Source: Xylella taiwanensis (GTDB taxonomy: Bacteria; Pseudomonadota; Gammaproteobacteria; Xanthomonadales; Xanthomonadaceae). From it: a stretch of DNA of 32,000 bases. Below, piece after piece: positions 1 to 9,487 of the stretch (position 1 is the stretch's first letter; every line of letters begins with the position of its first letter). The notes under the pieces are model-generated. The model did not search any database. It saw only the letters and a program-made list of their open reading frames with translations, and was not told the origin of the DNA. The DNA lies in NCBI RefSeq assembly GCF_013177435.1, contig NZ_CP053627.1:2520001-2552000 (forward strand), read 5' to 3'. The position numbers and the translations under genes are program-made.

Positions 1-476
1 ATCCCTTCACTGAAATAGCGCATACAAAAGTACAGAGGCAATGCCAAACTCCCCCAACGCACCGCATGCAAGAACTTAGTCGCACCCGGCACGATGTCGG
101 GGACGATACCGAAGATCGGCAGCAGCGCTGGTACCATACTGAGGAAAGCAAACATCACCAGCCCCAACAGCATAGCCAGCCACAACGCTTGGCGGAACAA
201 CGGCCCAATCTCCTCGTCACGGGCGGCACCATGCAATTGCGATACCAACACCGTCAACGAAATTAGTGTGCCCATCGGTACCAGCATTGGTAACCATAGC
301 AATGCAGTCCCAATAGTCGATGCGGCTAGGGTGACGGTAGCATGATGACCAGCGATGACGTTATCTACAAAACCGATCAGACCAATGGAGATGTGACCGA
401 ACACGAGTGGCAGCGCGAGTATAAGAGTAGCGCACACTTCAGAACCAAAACGCGATGTCAAAAACGAGACTGGCAT
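1..476 (-). CDS. MATE-family efflux transporter, N-terminal part (gene runs off the window start)
   Basis: Absent from the ORF track because the window edge truncates it. Hand translation of the minus strand from ATG (476..474) gives MPVSFLTSRFGSEVCATLILALPLVFGHISIGLIGFVDNVIAGHHATVTLAASTIGTALLWLPMLVPMGTLISLTVLVSQLHGAARDEEIGPLFRQALWLAMLLGLVMFAF... and stays open to position 1. It has a multi-TM hydrophobic pattern and a VD..(I/M)AGH....LAA signature typical of NorM/DinF-type MATE N-termini. Confidence 0.6.
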   Translation of the reverse strand, partial: MPVSFLTSRFGSEVCATLILALPLVFGHISIGLIGFVDNVIAGHHATVTLAASTIGTALLWLPMLVPMGTLISLTVLVSQLHGAARDEEIGPLFRQALWLAMLLGLVMFAFLSMVPALLPIFGIVPDIVPGATKFLHAVRWGSLALPLYFCMRYFSEG

Positions 477-834
477 AGAAAAAATGGAAAGCGCATCCTT
501 AAATCAGGCCTAGTTAAAGACACTGGCCACTTAAGATCACGCAACGGCTTATTTCTTGGAATATATCACACTTTCATCAGAAAGTAGGGAACCCAAGCCA
601 GAAAAATTTAATATCCCTAGAGAAGAAATGACGATCTTCAAATATGAAACAGAAGACTGTGACAAACACTAAACGCCACTAAAGCCACAACAATCAAAAC
701 GAATCAAAGACGTCTTGGCTCCTAAAAATCGGTATTAGGTCGCTTTATGCAGTTTTTCAGCTGTTCAAAATATTTAGACATCACTTTGATCATATAAATT
801 CTTTATCACTTCATCTTTATCACTTCATCGCACT

Positions 835-1404
835 CTAGCGTCGCAGCCGTGCGAGCAACCATGCACCGCGATCGGTCGGCATCTGTGCCAGCAATTCCCT
901 GCGCAACGCAGCGCATTGCGCAGGTGGAGTGCGCTGAACCAATATCGCCAATTGCGCTAACTGTGTATCGTCCAAAGCATGCAGCAATGCCAAAAGCGGC
1001 GCTCGCTCAGTCTCAGGGACGTAGCCAATCAGCGGTTGTAGATGCACATAGTGCGCGCCCAAGCGTGGACCCAGCAACCAACCGTGGCTGTACATCCGAT
1101 CCAATCGAGCGAAGCGTGCTTGCAGTGCCTGTTGTTGCATTGGCGACAGCGACGCAATCTCGGCCTGAGCCTTCAAAAGACGCACATGCTCATAAGGTAC
1201 TAAAGCCAACCAAGCGCGATAACGCAAGCGCAAGTCAGCCTGCTGCGCTGTGGTCATGTGCTGCCAACGCACCAATTTCTGGGCCGAGCTTGACGCTGCA
1301 GACATGACCAAATCCTGCGCTTGGCCACGGATACAAACCCCACCTAACAAAACCAGTAGAACACACAAACAACAACACGTACGACGGCGCTCGGTTCTGA
1401 TCAT
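835..1404 (-). CDS. secreted/periplasmic helical-repeat protein of unknown function (DUF3106-like), co-transcribed with the upstream sigma-like gene
   Basis: 189-aa ORF. It has an N-terminal signal-like hydrophobic stretch (CCCLCVLLVLLGGVCIRGQAQ) and a repeated W..L.P..Q/E helical pattern. Its start overlaps the stop of the 1401..2360 ORF (ATGA at 1401-1404). The family assignment is from memory only. Confidence 0.45.
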   Translation of the reverse strand: MIRTERRRTCCCLCVLLVLLGGVCIRGQAQDLVMSAASSSAQKLVRWQHMTTAQQADLRLRYRAWLALVPYEHVRLLKAQAEIASLSPMQQQALQARFARLDRMYSHGWLLGPRLGAHYVHLQPLIGYVPETERAPLLALLHALDDTQLAQLAILVQRTPPAQCAALRRELLAQMPTDRGAWLLARLRR

Positions 1405-2360
1405 CGACCATTTCCACTATGCCGAATGCCGGAGGCAACCATTGGGGCCGGTTCGGATTCATTCGGAGGCATCGGCTGGCCAGCCACGTACCAAGCCAAG
1501 AAATCAGCCTGACGCGCAGCTTCCAGGGCACTATCGTCAAGCATAGCGCGATCGGCAAGATCTGGCGATAGCTCCTGCGGCGGCACAGACGATACGTAAT
1601 CTGGTAGTTCTTCGATGAATACCGGCGAATCTTCTAGAAGAGGCAACACGACAGGAAACCCATTGGACACAGATTGGAGCTGCGGCACCGACATATGCCG
1701 GTTCCAAGCCCAATTCAATATGAAGATCAGCGCCAATATCAGCCCGACTACGGCCAAATACCGGTCAAATCTCCAACGCCCAGGTGATCGTAAGACAGCA
1801 GACTCAGCGACACTGATCTGCACCGATGGAGACGGAAGCACAGTCGTCGTGACCAGACGCTTGATAGATAAACTCCGTACCCGCTGCTGAGCTGCTTCTG
1901 CCAATACACGCCAAGCCGCTGGGTTCGGACGACCTTGCACGTCACGTGGGCAGGCACGCGCTAGCGCCTGGTAATAATTTTCCAACGGCTGATCCAATAC
2001 CACCGCAGCCTGTGCTTCATCCAGGCCAGCAACGATTCGCAGCAACAGTGCAAGCCGGTCCTCCACTGCCATGGCTTGCAACGCCATCAACTCTGTTGGC
2101 CAGCGTTGGCCTGTAAGGGGTGGCCGACGCAGCACCGGGGCACCACACAGCAAACTCCAAAAGCGCCGCGACCACTCAGCGAAGGGATAATCTACAGCCT
2201 CGGCACCGAAAATCCTGATTGCAGCAGGCAACGCCGTCTGTGCTGCAGATATGGTTCCAGTCTGTAACTCAACGAGGACGATGGCACGGCGCTCAACGCC
2301 GCGTAGAAAAGCCAATAGGGCAGCAGGAGAAGTAATTACAGCTTTGGGAACAGCGGTCAT
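1401..2360 (-). CDS. ECF sigma-factor-like protein with a C-terminal single-pass membrane extension (sigma/anti-sigma-like)
   Basis: The ORF track gives 1401..2432. ATG at 2360 (MTAVPKAV...) is preferred as the start. A region-4-like HTH segment is present (LQAMAVEDRLALLLRIVAGLDEAQAAVVLDQPLENYYQALARA), and FLRGVERRAIVLV resembles ECF region 2. One clear TM helix follows (YLAVVGLILALIFILNWAW). The function is inferred from sequence pattern only. Confidence 0.45.
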   Translation of the reverse strand: MTAVPKAVITSPAALLAFLRGVERRAIVLVELQTGTISAAQTALPAAIRIFGAEAVDYPFAEWSRRFWSLLCGAPVLRRPPLTGQRWPTELMALQAMAVEDRLALLLRIVAGLDEAQAAVVLDQPLENYYQALARACPRDVQGRPNPAAWRVLAEAAQQRVRSLSIKRLVTTTVLPSPSVQISVAESAVLRSPGRWRFDRYLAVVGLILALIFILNWAWNRHMSVPQLQSVSNGFPVVLPLLEDSPVFIEELPDYVSSVPPQELSPDLADRAMLDDSALEAARQADFLAWYVAGQPMPPNESEPAPMVASGIRHSGNGR

Positions 2361-2650
2361 GGACACTCCAGTATCCAAGCATGATAGCGGCCAGGGCGGG
2401 ATAGACGACCTCTTGACGTACAGTTGATCCAACGTTCTTGTCGTCCCCTACTAAATTCACTATTCGAGTAGGTTGTACACAGCATAGGGGCTTGACATAT
2501 AGCACCTTTTCAGAAGGCATCGATTCTCTATATTGCAACCACGCTTCGTTACTAAGTGGATGATCTAAAAGAAAAAAAAATTATGGCTATTTTTTGTCCA
2601 ATCCAAGCAAGAGGCTGATGGCAGCACCATCGCAGCGTGGACTACAAGAG

Positions 2651-2685
2651 AAATCCACAGAGTTATCCACAAGCAATGTGGATAA
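2651..2685. promoter_or_regulatory. cluster of DnaA boxes upstream of priA
   Basis: TTATCCACA lies at 2663-2671 and its exact reverse complement TGTGGATAA at 2677-2685. A near-box AAATCCACA lies at 2651-2659. The consensus is TTATNCACA. The cluster sits 113-147 nt upstream of the priA ATG. Confidence 0.55.
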
Positions 2686-2797
2686 CGCTCTTTCTTCAAA
2701 TAGAACGATAAGTTACCTTTTGTTTATGAGAATGACCAAGAGAATAAAGACCAAACCAAACACTGTCTTATCGACATCCGATCAGTAAACTTTCTCA

Positions 2798-4990
2798 ATG
2801 CCCCCTACGATCCTACGTGTGGCATTGCCAATACCTTTACCGCAATGCTTCGACTATCTGCCACCAGGCAACATGCCACTCCCAGACCCAAGCTTAGGCT
2901 GCCGTGTAAGGGTGCCATTCGGACCACGTGAACTGATAGGTGTAGTGGTCGAGCTGGCATCAGCCGAGGTCTCAGTGCCATTACGCGAGGCACTCACCTG
3001 GATTGACCACATACCAATTCTGGATGGCGAGTTGGCAAGGTCGTTACACTGGCTAGCACGCTACACTCATACCCCACTCGGTGAGATCCTGGCCACGGCT
3101 CTCCCCGGACTGCTACGTCATGGTGAACCATTGCCTGACACCTGCACCTGGGCTTGGCATTTAACCGAAATCGGACACACTGGTGCTGCCAAGCTGCGTC
3201 GCAGCAGCCACTCGGCACAGCTGGCTGAATTGCTCGCCACCAACGATCAAACGGAAGATGCACTTGACACTCAGATGAATAACTGGAGAACAGCCGCACG
3301 CAACCTGACCAAGCGCGGCTATGTTGAACGCGTCAAGAAAGCTACAACCACACCTTCAATCATCCAGGCCGCCACCAACCCTGTACTCAACACTGAACAA
3401 CAGAAAGCAGTTGAGACACTAAACGCCAGCGCAGGCTTCGAAACTTATCTCCTGGATGGAGTCACCGGCAGCGGGAAAACGGAAGTCTACCTACAAGCTA
3501 TCGCTGCCTGCTTAGCTGTAGGTCGGCAAGCATTGGTCTTAGTCCCTGAGATCGGCTTAACCCCTCAAATTCTAACCAGCTTCCGTGCCCGCCTCGGAGT
3601 ACCCGTACATAGCCTGCACTCCAGGCTTGCAGACGGCGAACGCGCCCGCGTGTGGGCCGCAGCCCGATCCGGCGAAGCGCGGCTGATACTCGGGACTCGC
3701 TCAGCGGTGTTCACCCCGCTGCCTCACGCCGGACTGATTATAGTGGATGAGGAACACGACACGAGTTACAAGCAGCAAGACAACATCCGTTACCACGCGC
3801 GTGATTTCGCCTTAGTACGCGGCAAAGCACTGAACGTACCGGTGATCCTCGGGAGCGCCACACCCTCACTGGAATCACTATACAACGCGCATACCGGACG
3901 CTACAGGCACCTGCGCCTAACTTACCGTGCCGGTCAGGCGTGTGCCCCTCAGGTGCGTGTGCTGGACGTACGCAAACGACCACTTCAAGACGGTCTATCA
4001 CCCGAGGTACTAGCCGGCATCAACGCAACTTTAGCGCGTGATGAGCAGGTACTCGTATTTAAGAACCGGCGGGGCTACGCCCCGGTGTTACTGTGTCACG
4101 ACTGCGGCTGGACCGCTACCTGTCACCGCTGCAGCACGGTACTGCACCACACCCCGATGACTGTGTACACTGGCGGGACCTACTTACAGTGCCACCACTG
4201 CGGCGCACGCCAGCCGATGCCACTATCATGTCCAGACTGCGGGAGTTCGTCGCTGCAGCCACAGGGCATAGGCACCGAGCGCCTAGAAGCGCGCCTGATC
4301 CAGGCTTTCCCCAACCATCCCGTGATACGTATCGATCGCAACACGACCCAGCGCCGTGAAGCACTAAAGACGCAATTCACCAAACTCGGCAATGCCGCCG
4401 GCATTCTGGTAGGCACTCAAATTCTAGCCAAAGGGCATCACCTGCCACACTTAACGATGGTAGTTGTAGTCGGAATCGACGAAGGCCTATTCTCAGCCGA
4501 CTTCCGTGCCACTGAAAAGCTCTCCCAGCAACTGATCCAAGTTGCTGGCCGTGCTGGCCGTGCTAAACGTGCTGGCGAGGTCTGGCTGCAAACTCACCAC
4601 CCAGATCATCCACTGTTGCAAACCTTGATCAACGGCGGCTACCACATCTTTGCTAATGCCGAGCTGCAACAGCGCCACGCCGCTGGTCTGCCGCCATTTG
4701 CACACTTGGCACTCCTGCGTGTCAAAGCGAAAGACATCACCACAACGCAACAATTTCTCGACACAGTACGCAACCACATGCCGCAGGACAATGCAGTTGA
4801 GTGCTACGGTCCAATGCCAGCACCAATGCCACGCCGCGCCGGCTACCAGCGCTACCAATTATTGCTGTCTAGTTCCCAACGAAACGCACTACACCGCACA
4901 CTCAATGTTCTGATACCAGCGATTCATGCTCTGCCAGAGGCACGCCGGGTCCGTTGGTCGCTAGACGTGGACCCAGTTGATCTTTACTAG
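2798..4990 (+). CDS. priA: primosomal replication-restart helicase PriA (protein N')
   Basis: 730 aa. Walker A GVTGSGKTEVY and DEEH box IIVDEEHD are present. The Cys-rich zinc-binding insert is present (CHDCGWTATCHRCS...CHHCG...CPDCGS). The C-terminal helicase motif QVAGRAGR is present. Confidence 0.95.
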   Translation: MPPTILRVALPIPLPQCFDYLPPGNMPLPDPSLGCRVRVPFGPRELIGVVVELASAEVSVPLREALTWIDHIPILDGELARSLHWLARYTHTPLGEILATALPGLLRHGEPLPDTCTWAWHLTEIGHTGAAKLRRSSHSAQLAELLATNDQTEDALDTQMNNWRTAARNLTKRGYVERVKKATTTPSIIQAATNPVLNTEQQKAVETLNASAGFETYLLDGVTGSGKTEVYLQAIAACLAVGRQALVLVPEIGLTPQILTSFRARLGVPVHSLHSRLADGERARVWAAARSGEARLILGTRSAVFTPLPHAGLIIVDEEHDTSYKQQDNIRYHARDFALVRGKALNVPVILGSATPSLESLYNAHTGRYRHLRLTYRAGQACAPQVRVLDVRKRPLQDGLSPEVLAGINATLARDEQVLVFKNRRGYAPVLLCHDCGWTATCHRCSTVLHHTPMTVYTGGTYLQCHHCGARQPMPLSCPDCGSSSLQPQGIGTERLEARLIQAFPNHPVIRIDRNTTQRREALKTQFTKLGNAAGILVGTQILAKGHHLPHLTMVVVVGIDEGLFSADFRATEKLSQQLIQVAGRAGRAKRAGEVWLQTHHPDHPLLQTLINGGYHIFANAELQQRHAAGLPPFAHLALLRVKAKDITTTQQFLDTVRNHMPQDNAVECYGPMPAPMPRRAGYQRYQLLLSSSQRNALHRTLNVLIPAIHALPEARRVRWSLDVDPVDLY

Positions 4991-5929
4991 GTATCACGCT
5001 GCCATCAATTTAGCCAAAAAATAGTATCAACAAATCGACATAATCCAGGGATAAGAAACTCCAAGAGATTTTCTCATAACTAAAGGCGATAGTACGGTAC
5101 TACTTAAGCTGTACAAACCAATCTCCACGAAGCTCAGCTTCTCCAGATACAAGAAAGATACAAGAAACTTCCAGATAAAAATACAAAAACAACGTAAACA
5201 TCTTCTCTTCGCTGCTTTCATAAAGCTACAAATTATCGCCACACAAGCACATTACCAACCAGCACAAAACCTACATCAATCAGCAGAGATATATGCTTTT
5301 CCGCTCCACACAGTCATCACGATACACTTCATAAAACATCTTTATGGCATCATTGCTTGTGTCGACTAACAAGCATGGCATCTTTTTTTACCCTCGATAT
5401 TTCGTAACCTATGCTTCGATGCCCGCATCTCTGCTCAGAGAGCAGATATTCAACATTCTATATTGGATACGGTGTATCACATATCTACACCACTTCTATC
5501 TGGGACGACGCACTTCCACAATGTGTCCCAATTGGCGTCAACACCTGTTTTCCTTTCCAGATTAAATTTCGCATGAGCGCTCAATAACCACATTACTTGG
5601 CAGTCGTTGTCAACAGCTTCCCTAGCCTATGAATAACACGCTTATTAAATAACCGCGCCATCCCCCCCAAAAAAACGAGTTAAAAGATCGACAAAGAACA
5701 GTAACTACCCACACGATGCAACTGCCTGGACCTTACCGAACAAACATACCTAATCGCAACAGCAGCAATAACACATGAAACTTAGCAAGGGCTGACATTA
5801 GAACAATTGAATAGCATTATTTAAAGACAAAACTAATAAACGACATCGTAGCGCCGTATATAGGATTCAAATACCCGAATCCGCATTCCTAAAAGTAGCC
5901 TTGTATCCTAAATTTTAAAATCGAGCACA

Positions 5930-6805
5930 TCAAGCAGCGAACAACACCTTCATCTTTTTAAGTGCATTGGCTTCAATCTGCCGAATACGCTCTGCTGAAA
6001 CTCTATATTCGTCAGCCAACTCTTGTAACGTAACCTTCTTATCTGCCTCCAGCCAACGACGCCGAATAATGTCTCGCGAACGGGTATCCAAGGCAGACAA
6101 ACCTTCCTGTAACAGTCGTAATTGGGTCTCCTCATTATTACCGCGTTCGTAAGCTTGAGAAGGATCACTATCATTAGCAATTAGGTAGCCAACCGGTGAT
6201 GGTGGAGCGTTGTCCTCCTCCGGAGCGTCGAAACCGATGTCCCGACCTGACAAACGTGACTCCATCTCCAATACCTCGCGTTCGGAGACGTTGAGATCCT
6301 TGGCAACTGCACTAACCTCCTCGGCATTCATCCACCCCAGACGGGTCCTGGATTTTCGAAGGTTAAAAAACAGCTTTCGCTGCGCTTTTGTCGTAGCGAC
6401 TTTAACTATGCGCCAATTTTTCAAAATGAATTCATGCATTTCAGCCCGAATCCAGTGCATTGCAAAAGAAACCAAGCGCACCCCCATATCTGGATCAAAA
6501 CGCTTGACAGCTTTCATCAGGCCGATATTGCCTTCTTGGATCAAGTCGCCTAACGATAGGCCGTAACCGCTATAACCACGGGCCACTCGCACAACAAAAC
6601 GCAAGTGGGAATGCACTAACTCGCGTGCTGCATCCAAATCCTGTTCGTCGCGGTAACGACGGGCCAGCACCTGCTCGTCATCAACTGAAAGTATCGGGAT
6701 CTGATGCACAGCGCCGATGTATGCCTCCAACGAACCAAGCGCATTTGGAACAGGCAAGTTGTTTTCCACAAGAACCATTGAGGCGTTTTGACTCATAAGA
6801 AGCAC
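5930..6805 (-). CDS. rpoH: heat-shock sigma factor sigma-32 (RpoH)
   Basis: 291 aa. It carries the RpoH box QRKLFFNLRK, sigma-70 region 2 (DLIQEGNIGLMKAVKRFDP) and a region 4 HTH (LQELADEYRVSAERIRQIE). The true start may be the ATG at 6796 (MSQNAS). Confidence 0.95.
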   Translation of the reverse strand: MLLMSQNASMVLVENNLPVPNALGSLEAYIGAVHQIPILSVDDEQVLARRYRDEQDLDAARELVHSHLRFVVRVARGYSGYGLSLGDLIQEGNIGLMKAVKRFDPDMGVRLVSFAMHWIRAEMHEFILKNWRIVKVATTKAQRKLFFNLRKSRTRLGWMNAEEVSAVAKDLNVSEREVLEMESRLSGRDIGFDAPEEDNAPPSPVGYLIANDSDPSQAYERGNNEETQLRLLQEGLSALDTRSRDIIRRRWLEADKKVTLQELADEYRVSAERIRQIEANALKKMKVLFAA

Positions 6806-6939
6806 CTTAAATCTAAAGTAACCGCACAGTCACAGCTATTGGGTTCAAAAGAATAAATCTTTAGAAATTCTATTTAACTTTTTAAAGCCCTATCTAGGAT
6901 TGCCATGAATCGATGATCATGGTCCAGTTATTCTACCAT

Positions 6940-7680
6940 TTAGATTGGACCATCCAGTGCGCTACATGATGGCAAACTCCAATCCACGGGTGCCAAACCA
7001 CGTTGGGTCAGGTACTGGTTACCAAGAGAAAAATGACGACAACCCAGAAAACCACGATGGGCTGACAACGGTGAAGGGTGCGCAGCATTGAGTACACAGT
7101 GGCGACGGGTATCGATGACCTTACCCTTGGTTTGGGCATAGCTACCCCAGAGCATAAATACGAGTCCCTCGCGCTCACGATTCAAGGTATCAACCACGTG
7201 GTCGGTGAAGCCTTCCCAGCCCTTACCCTGATGCGCACCTGCACGACCGTCTTCTACCGTAAGTACCGCATTGAGTAGTAACACACCACGCTTTGCCCAG
7301 GGAAGCAGACAACCGTGGTCAGGGCGCATGAGTCCAAGGTCATCTTCGATCTCTTTATAAATGTTCAACAAAGAAGGAGGCACTGGAGTACACGGTCGCA
7401 CCGAAAAACACAAGCCATGCGCTTGGCCATAGCCATGATAAGGATCCTGACCGAGGATCACGACCTTGACCTGCTCGAATGGGGTTGCTTCGAACGCCGC
7501 GAATATCTGAGAGCCAGGTGGATAGACCCTTACGCCAGCAACCTTTCTCGCACGCAGGAACGCTGCCAAACCAAGCATTTCTGGACGCAACAACCAACTA
7601 CCAACCCGCGCCTTCCAAGAAGATTCCAGTTGAATCCGCGACTCGGCAATACCATCATTGACCCCAACTTGTTCGCTCAT
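6940..7680 (-). CDS. ung: uracil-DNA glycosylase
   Basis: 246 aa. It has the family-1 UDG motifs GQDPYHG and HPSPLSA. Its start lies 5 nt downstream of the response-regulator stop. Confidence 0.95.
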   Translation of the reverse strand: MSEQVGVNDGIAESRIQLESSWKARVGSWLLRPEMLGLAAFLRARKVAGVRVYPPGSQIFAAFEATPFEQVKVVILGQDPYHGYGQAHGLCFSVRPCTPVPPSLLNIYKEIEDDLGLMRPDHGCLLPWAKRGVLLLNAVLTVEDGRAGAHQGKGWEGFTDHVVDTLNREREGLVFMLWGSYAQTKGKVIDTRRHCVLNAAHPSPLSAHRGFLGCRHFSLGNQYLTQRGLAPVDWSLPSCSALDGPI

Positions 7681-7685
7681 ACCAC

Positions 7686-8534
7686 TCAGATTGTCACCAG
7701 ATGATCTTTAAGACGTGCCAAGTGCAGCTGGAACAACACTTTAGTTACAAGCAAACGCTCTTCGATAGGTTTCTGCACCAAATCATTGGCTCCGGCTCGC
7801 AGCAATTCTGATTGATTTTGCAAATTGGTGTCACCAGTCATGACAAGCACTGGAAGGCGGCGCTTACCGTAAGCAAAATCGATACGGATGCGTTGCACTA
7901 CGTCACAGCCGTTAAGCTCACCCTTCAAGGTCACATCAGTCAGCACCAAGTCGATACTGTACTCGGTTCGTCTCAGCGATTCAGCAGTTAACAGTGCGAA
8001 TGCATCTTCAGCGGTAAGTACGTGAACCACACTCAAACCCTGACGCTCAAGCATACGTGTAGTCGCCTCAGCAACCACGCGACTATCTTCCACATACAAC
8101 ACTGTGCCTCTGGATACTGGCTCAGGCTGCACATAACCACGTATGAAGGCGGCCAGTGCCTCGTAGCCTAACGCCTTGTCGAAATAATCGGTCACATACT
8201 CAGTGAAACGACGCTCAACCAAGTGCTGCTGGGTATCACCAGAGACCACGATCACCGGCACATAAGCTTGGCCAGACACCTCCCGTACGCTACGCGCTAA
8301 AGCCAACCCATCACCGTCAGGGAGAAACAACGAAGTCGTGACCAAATGCACTGCGCCAGCATCTAGTGTCTGCTGTGCTTCAGCAATGCTGGTACAGCCG
8401 ATCACGTCCACCTCTGGCAACTCACGTTGCAACACATTTGTAATCAATTGACGAACCAATTTGGAACCATCTACGACCATCACCCTTGGCGTATCACTGA
8501 TCAGATGCTTATGCTTGAGTTCAGAAACTAGCAT
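7686..8534 (-). CDS. stand-alone tandem receiver-domain response regulator (REC-REC, no output domain)
   Basis: The ORF track gives 7686..8594. ATG 8534 (MLVSELKHK) avoids overlap with ftsX and is preferred. There are two CheY-like domains. REC2 has the canonical acidic pair (VED), acceptor Asp (DLVLTD), Thr (LVMTG) and Lys (QKP). REC1 has Ser at the acceptor position ([14 protein letters not shown]). Confidence 0.8.
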   Translation of the reverse strand: MLVSELKHKHLISDTPRVMVVDGSKLVRQLITNVLQRELPEVDVIGCTSIAEAQQTLDAGAVHLVTTSLFLPDGDGLALARSVREVSGQAYVPVIVVSGDTQQHLVERRFTEYVTDYFDKALGYEALAAFIRGYVQPEPVSRGTVLYVEDSRVVAEATTRMLERQGLSVVHVLTAEDAFALLTAESLRRTEYSIDLVLTDVTLKGELNGCDVVQRIRIDFAYGKRRLPVLVMTGDTNLQNQSELLRAGANDLVQKPIEERLLVTKVLFQLHLARLKDHLVTI

Positions 8535-8548
8535 GTAGTTCTCATAAT

Positions 8549-9487
8549 TTACGTAGGACGCATTTGACGCAAGAAATGCCCCGTCACCAGCCATACACCA
8601 AGCCAGCCCAACAACAGAATGCCCGCCAGAATCATGACACTTTGGGAGATGTCCAACCCATGAAGGGCGAAACGACTGCTATAACTATCCGTCAGGACCA
8701 TCAGTGGCACACGCAACACTAAGCCAATCAGTCCTAGCAAACCAAACGCAGCCAGACCAGCGCCCAAACAGTACCACGCCCCAAGATACAGGTAAGGACG
8801 ACGGATAAAACCATCGCTAGCACCAAGCAGATGTAGCACAGCAATCTCCTGACGCCTAGATTGGATATCCAGCCGCACTGTATTGCCAACCACCATTACA
8901 GCACCAAAGCCGAACAGAGTTGACAGTATATGCACCAGATATTGACCAAAGCCTAGCCAAGCATCCAGCCGACGCTGCCACAGCACGTCGTACTGTACCA
9001 AGTCAGCCTCTGGTAGCGCCTGTAACACCTGCGCCACTTCCCCATCTATAGCAGACATGGAAGGAATAACGATCAACAAACTCGGCAGCGGATTTTTACC
9101 AAGCGCATCTATCGCCTCACCCAACTTCGCACCTCCACGCAAATCAGACAAGCCCTGCTCTGGAGTACGAAGGACGACCGCAGCGACATCGGAGCGACTA
9201 CGCAGTTTCGCAGCCAGACGCTCAGCCGTCGCGATATCCACATTGGTCTTCAAGAACAGGTTAATCTGCCGAGATTGCTGCACGCTGTCAGCCAACGACC
9301 TAAGGTTATCCAACATGATCGACAAACCAAGCGGTAGCGCAAACGCGAGTGTCAGTGCCACGACGGTCAGCAGTGTCGCCAAGGGTTTGCGCATCACACA
9401 ACCAAGGCTAAACACTATGCTGTGCATATGGTAACCAACCCAGACAGCCAACCTTGAGCGTATAAACTCAATGGGAGACTTATTCAT
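8549..9487 (-). CDS. ftsX: cell-division ABC transporter permease FtsX
   Basis: 312 aa. It has four TM segments with a large first periplasmic loop. It is translationally coupled to ftsE: the ATGA overlap at 9484-9487 was read directly. Confidence 0.9.
   Translation of the reverse strand: MNKSPIEFIRSRLAVWVGYHMHSIVFSLGCVMRKPLATLLTVVALTLAFALPLGLSIMLDNLRSLADSVQQSRQINLFLKTNVDIATAERLAAKLRSRSDVAAVVLRTPEQGLSDLRGGAKLGEAIDALGKNPLPSLLIVIPSMSAIDGEVAQVLQALPEADLVQYDVLWQRRLDAWLGFGQYLVHILSTLFGFGAVMVVGNTVRLDIQSRRQEIAVLHLLGASDGFIRRPYLYLGAWYCLGAGLAAFGLLGLIGLVLRVPLMVLTDSYSSRFALHGLDISQSVMILAGILLLGWLGVWLVTGHFLRQMRPT

Noticed and set aside
849-1307. Long antisense or shadow ORFs inside real genes (for example 849-1307 +, 10350-10805 +, 15949-16476 +, 26681-27238 +, 4493-4858 -, 12477-12869 -)
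   Set aside because: Each lies entirely within a confidently identified gene on the opposite strand or in another frame. Their composition is biased (R/P/H/T-rich) and they show no family features.
2594-2788. 64-aa ORF upstream of priA that spans the DnaA-box cluster
   Set aside because: It has no SD and no homology. The region is better explained as the priA regulatory region.
5863-5882. Hairpin GGATTC-N8-GAATCC downstream of rpoH, considered as its terminator
   Set aside because: On the minus strand the stem is not followed by a U-tract (UAUAUACGGCGC...), and it is only 6 bp with an 8-nt loop. This is insufficient for a terminator call.
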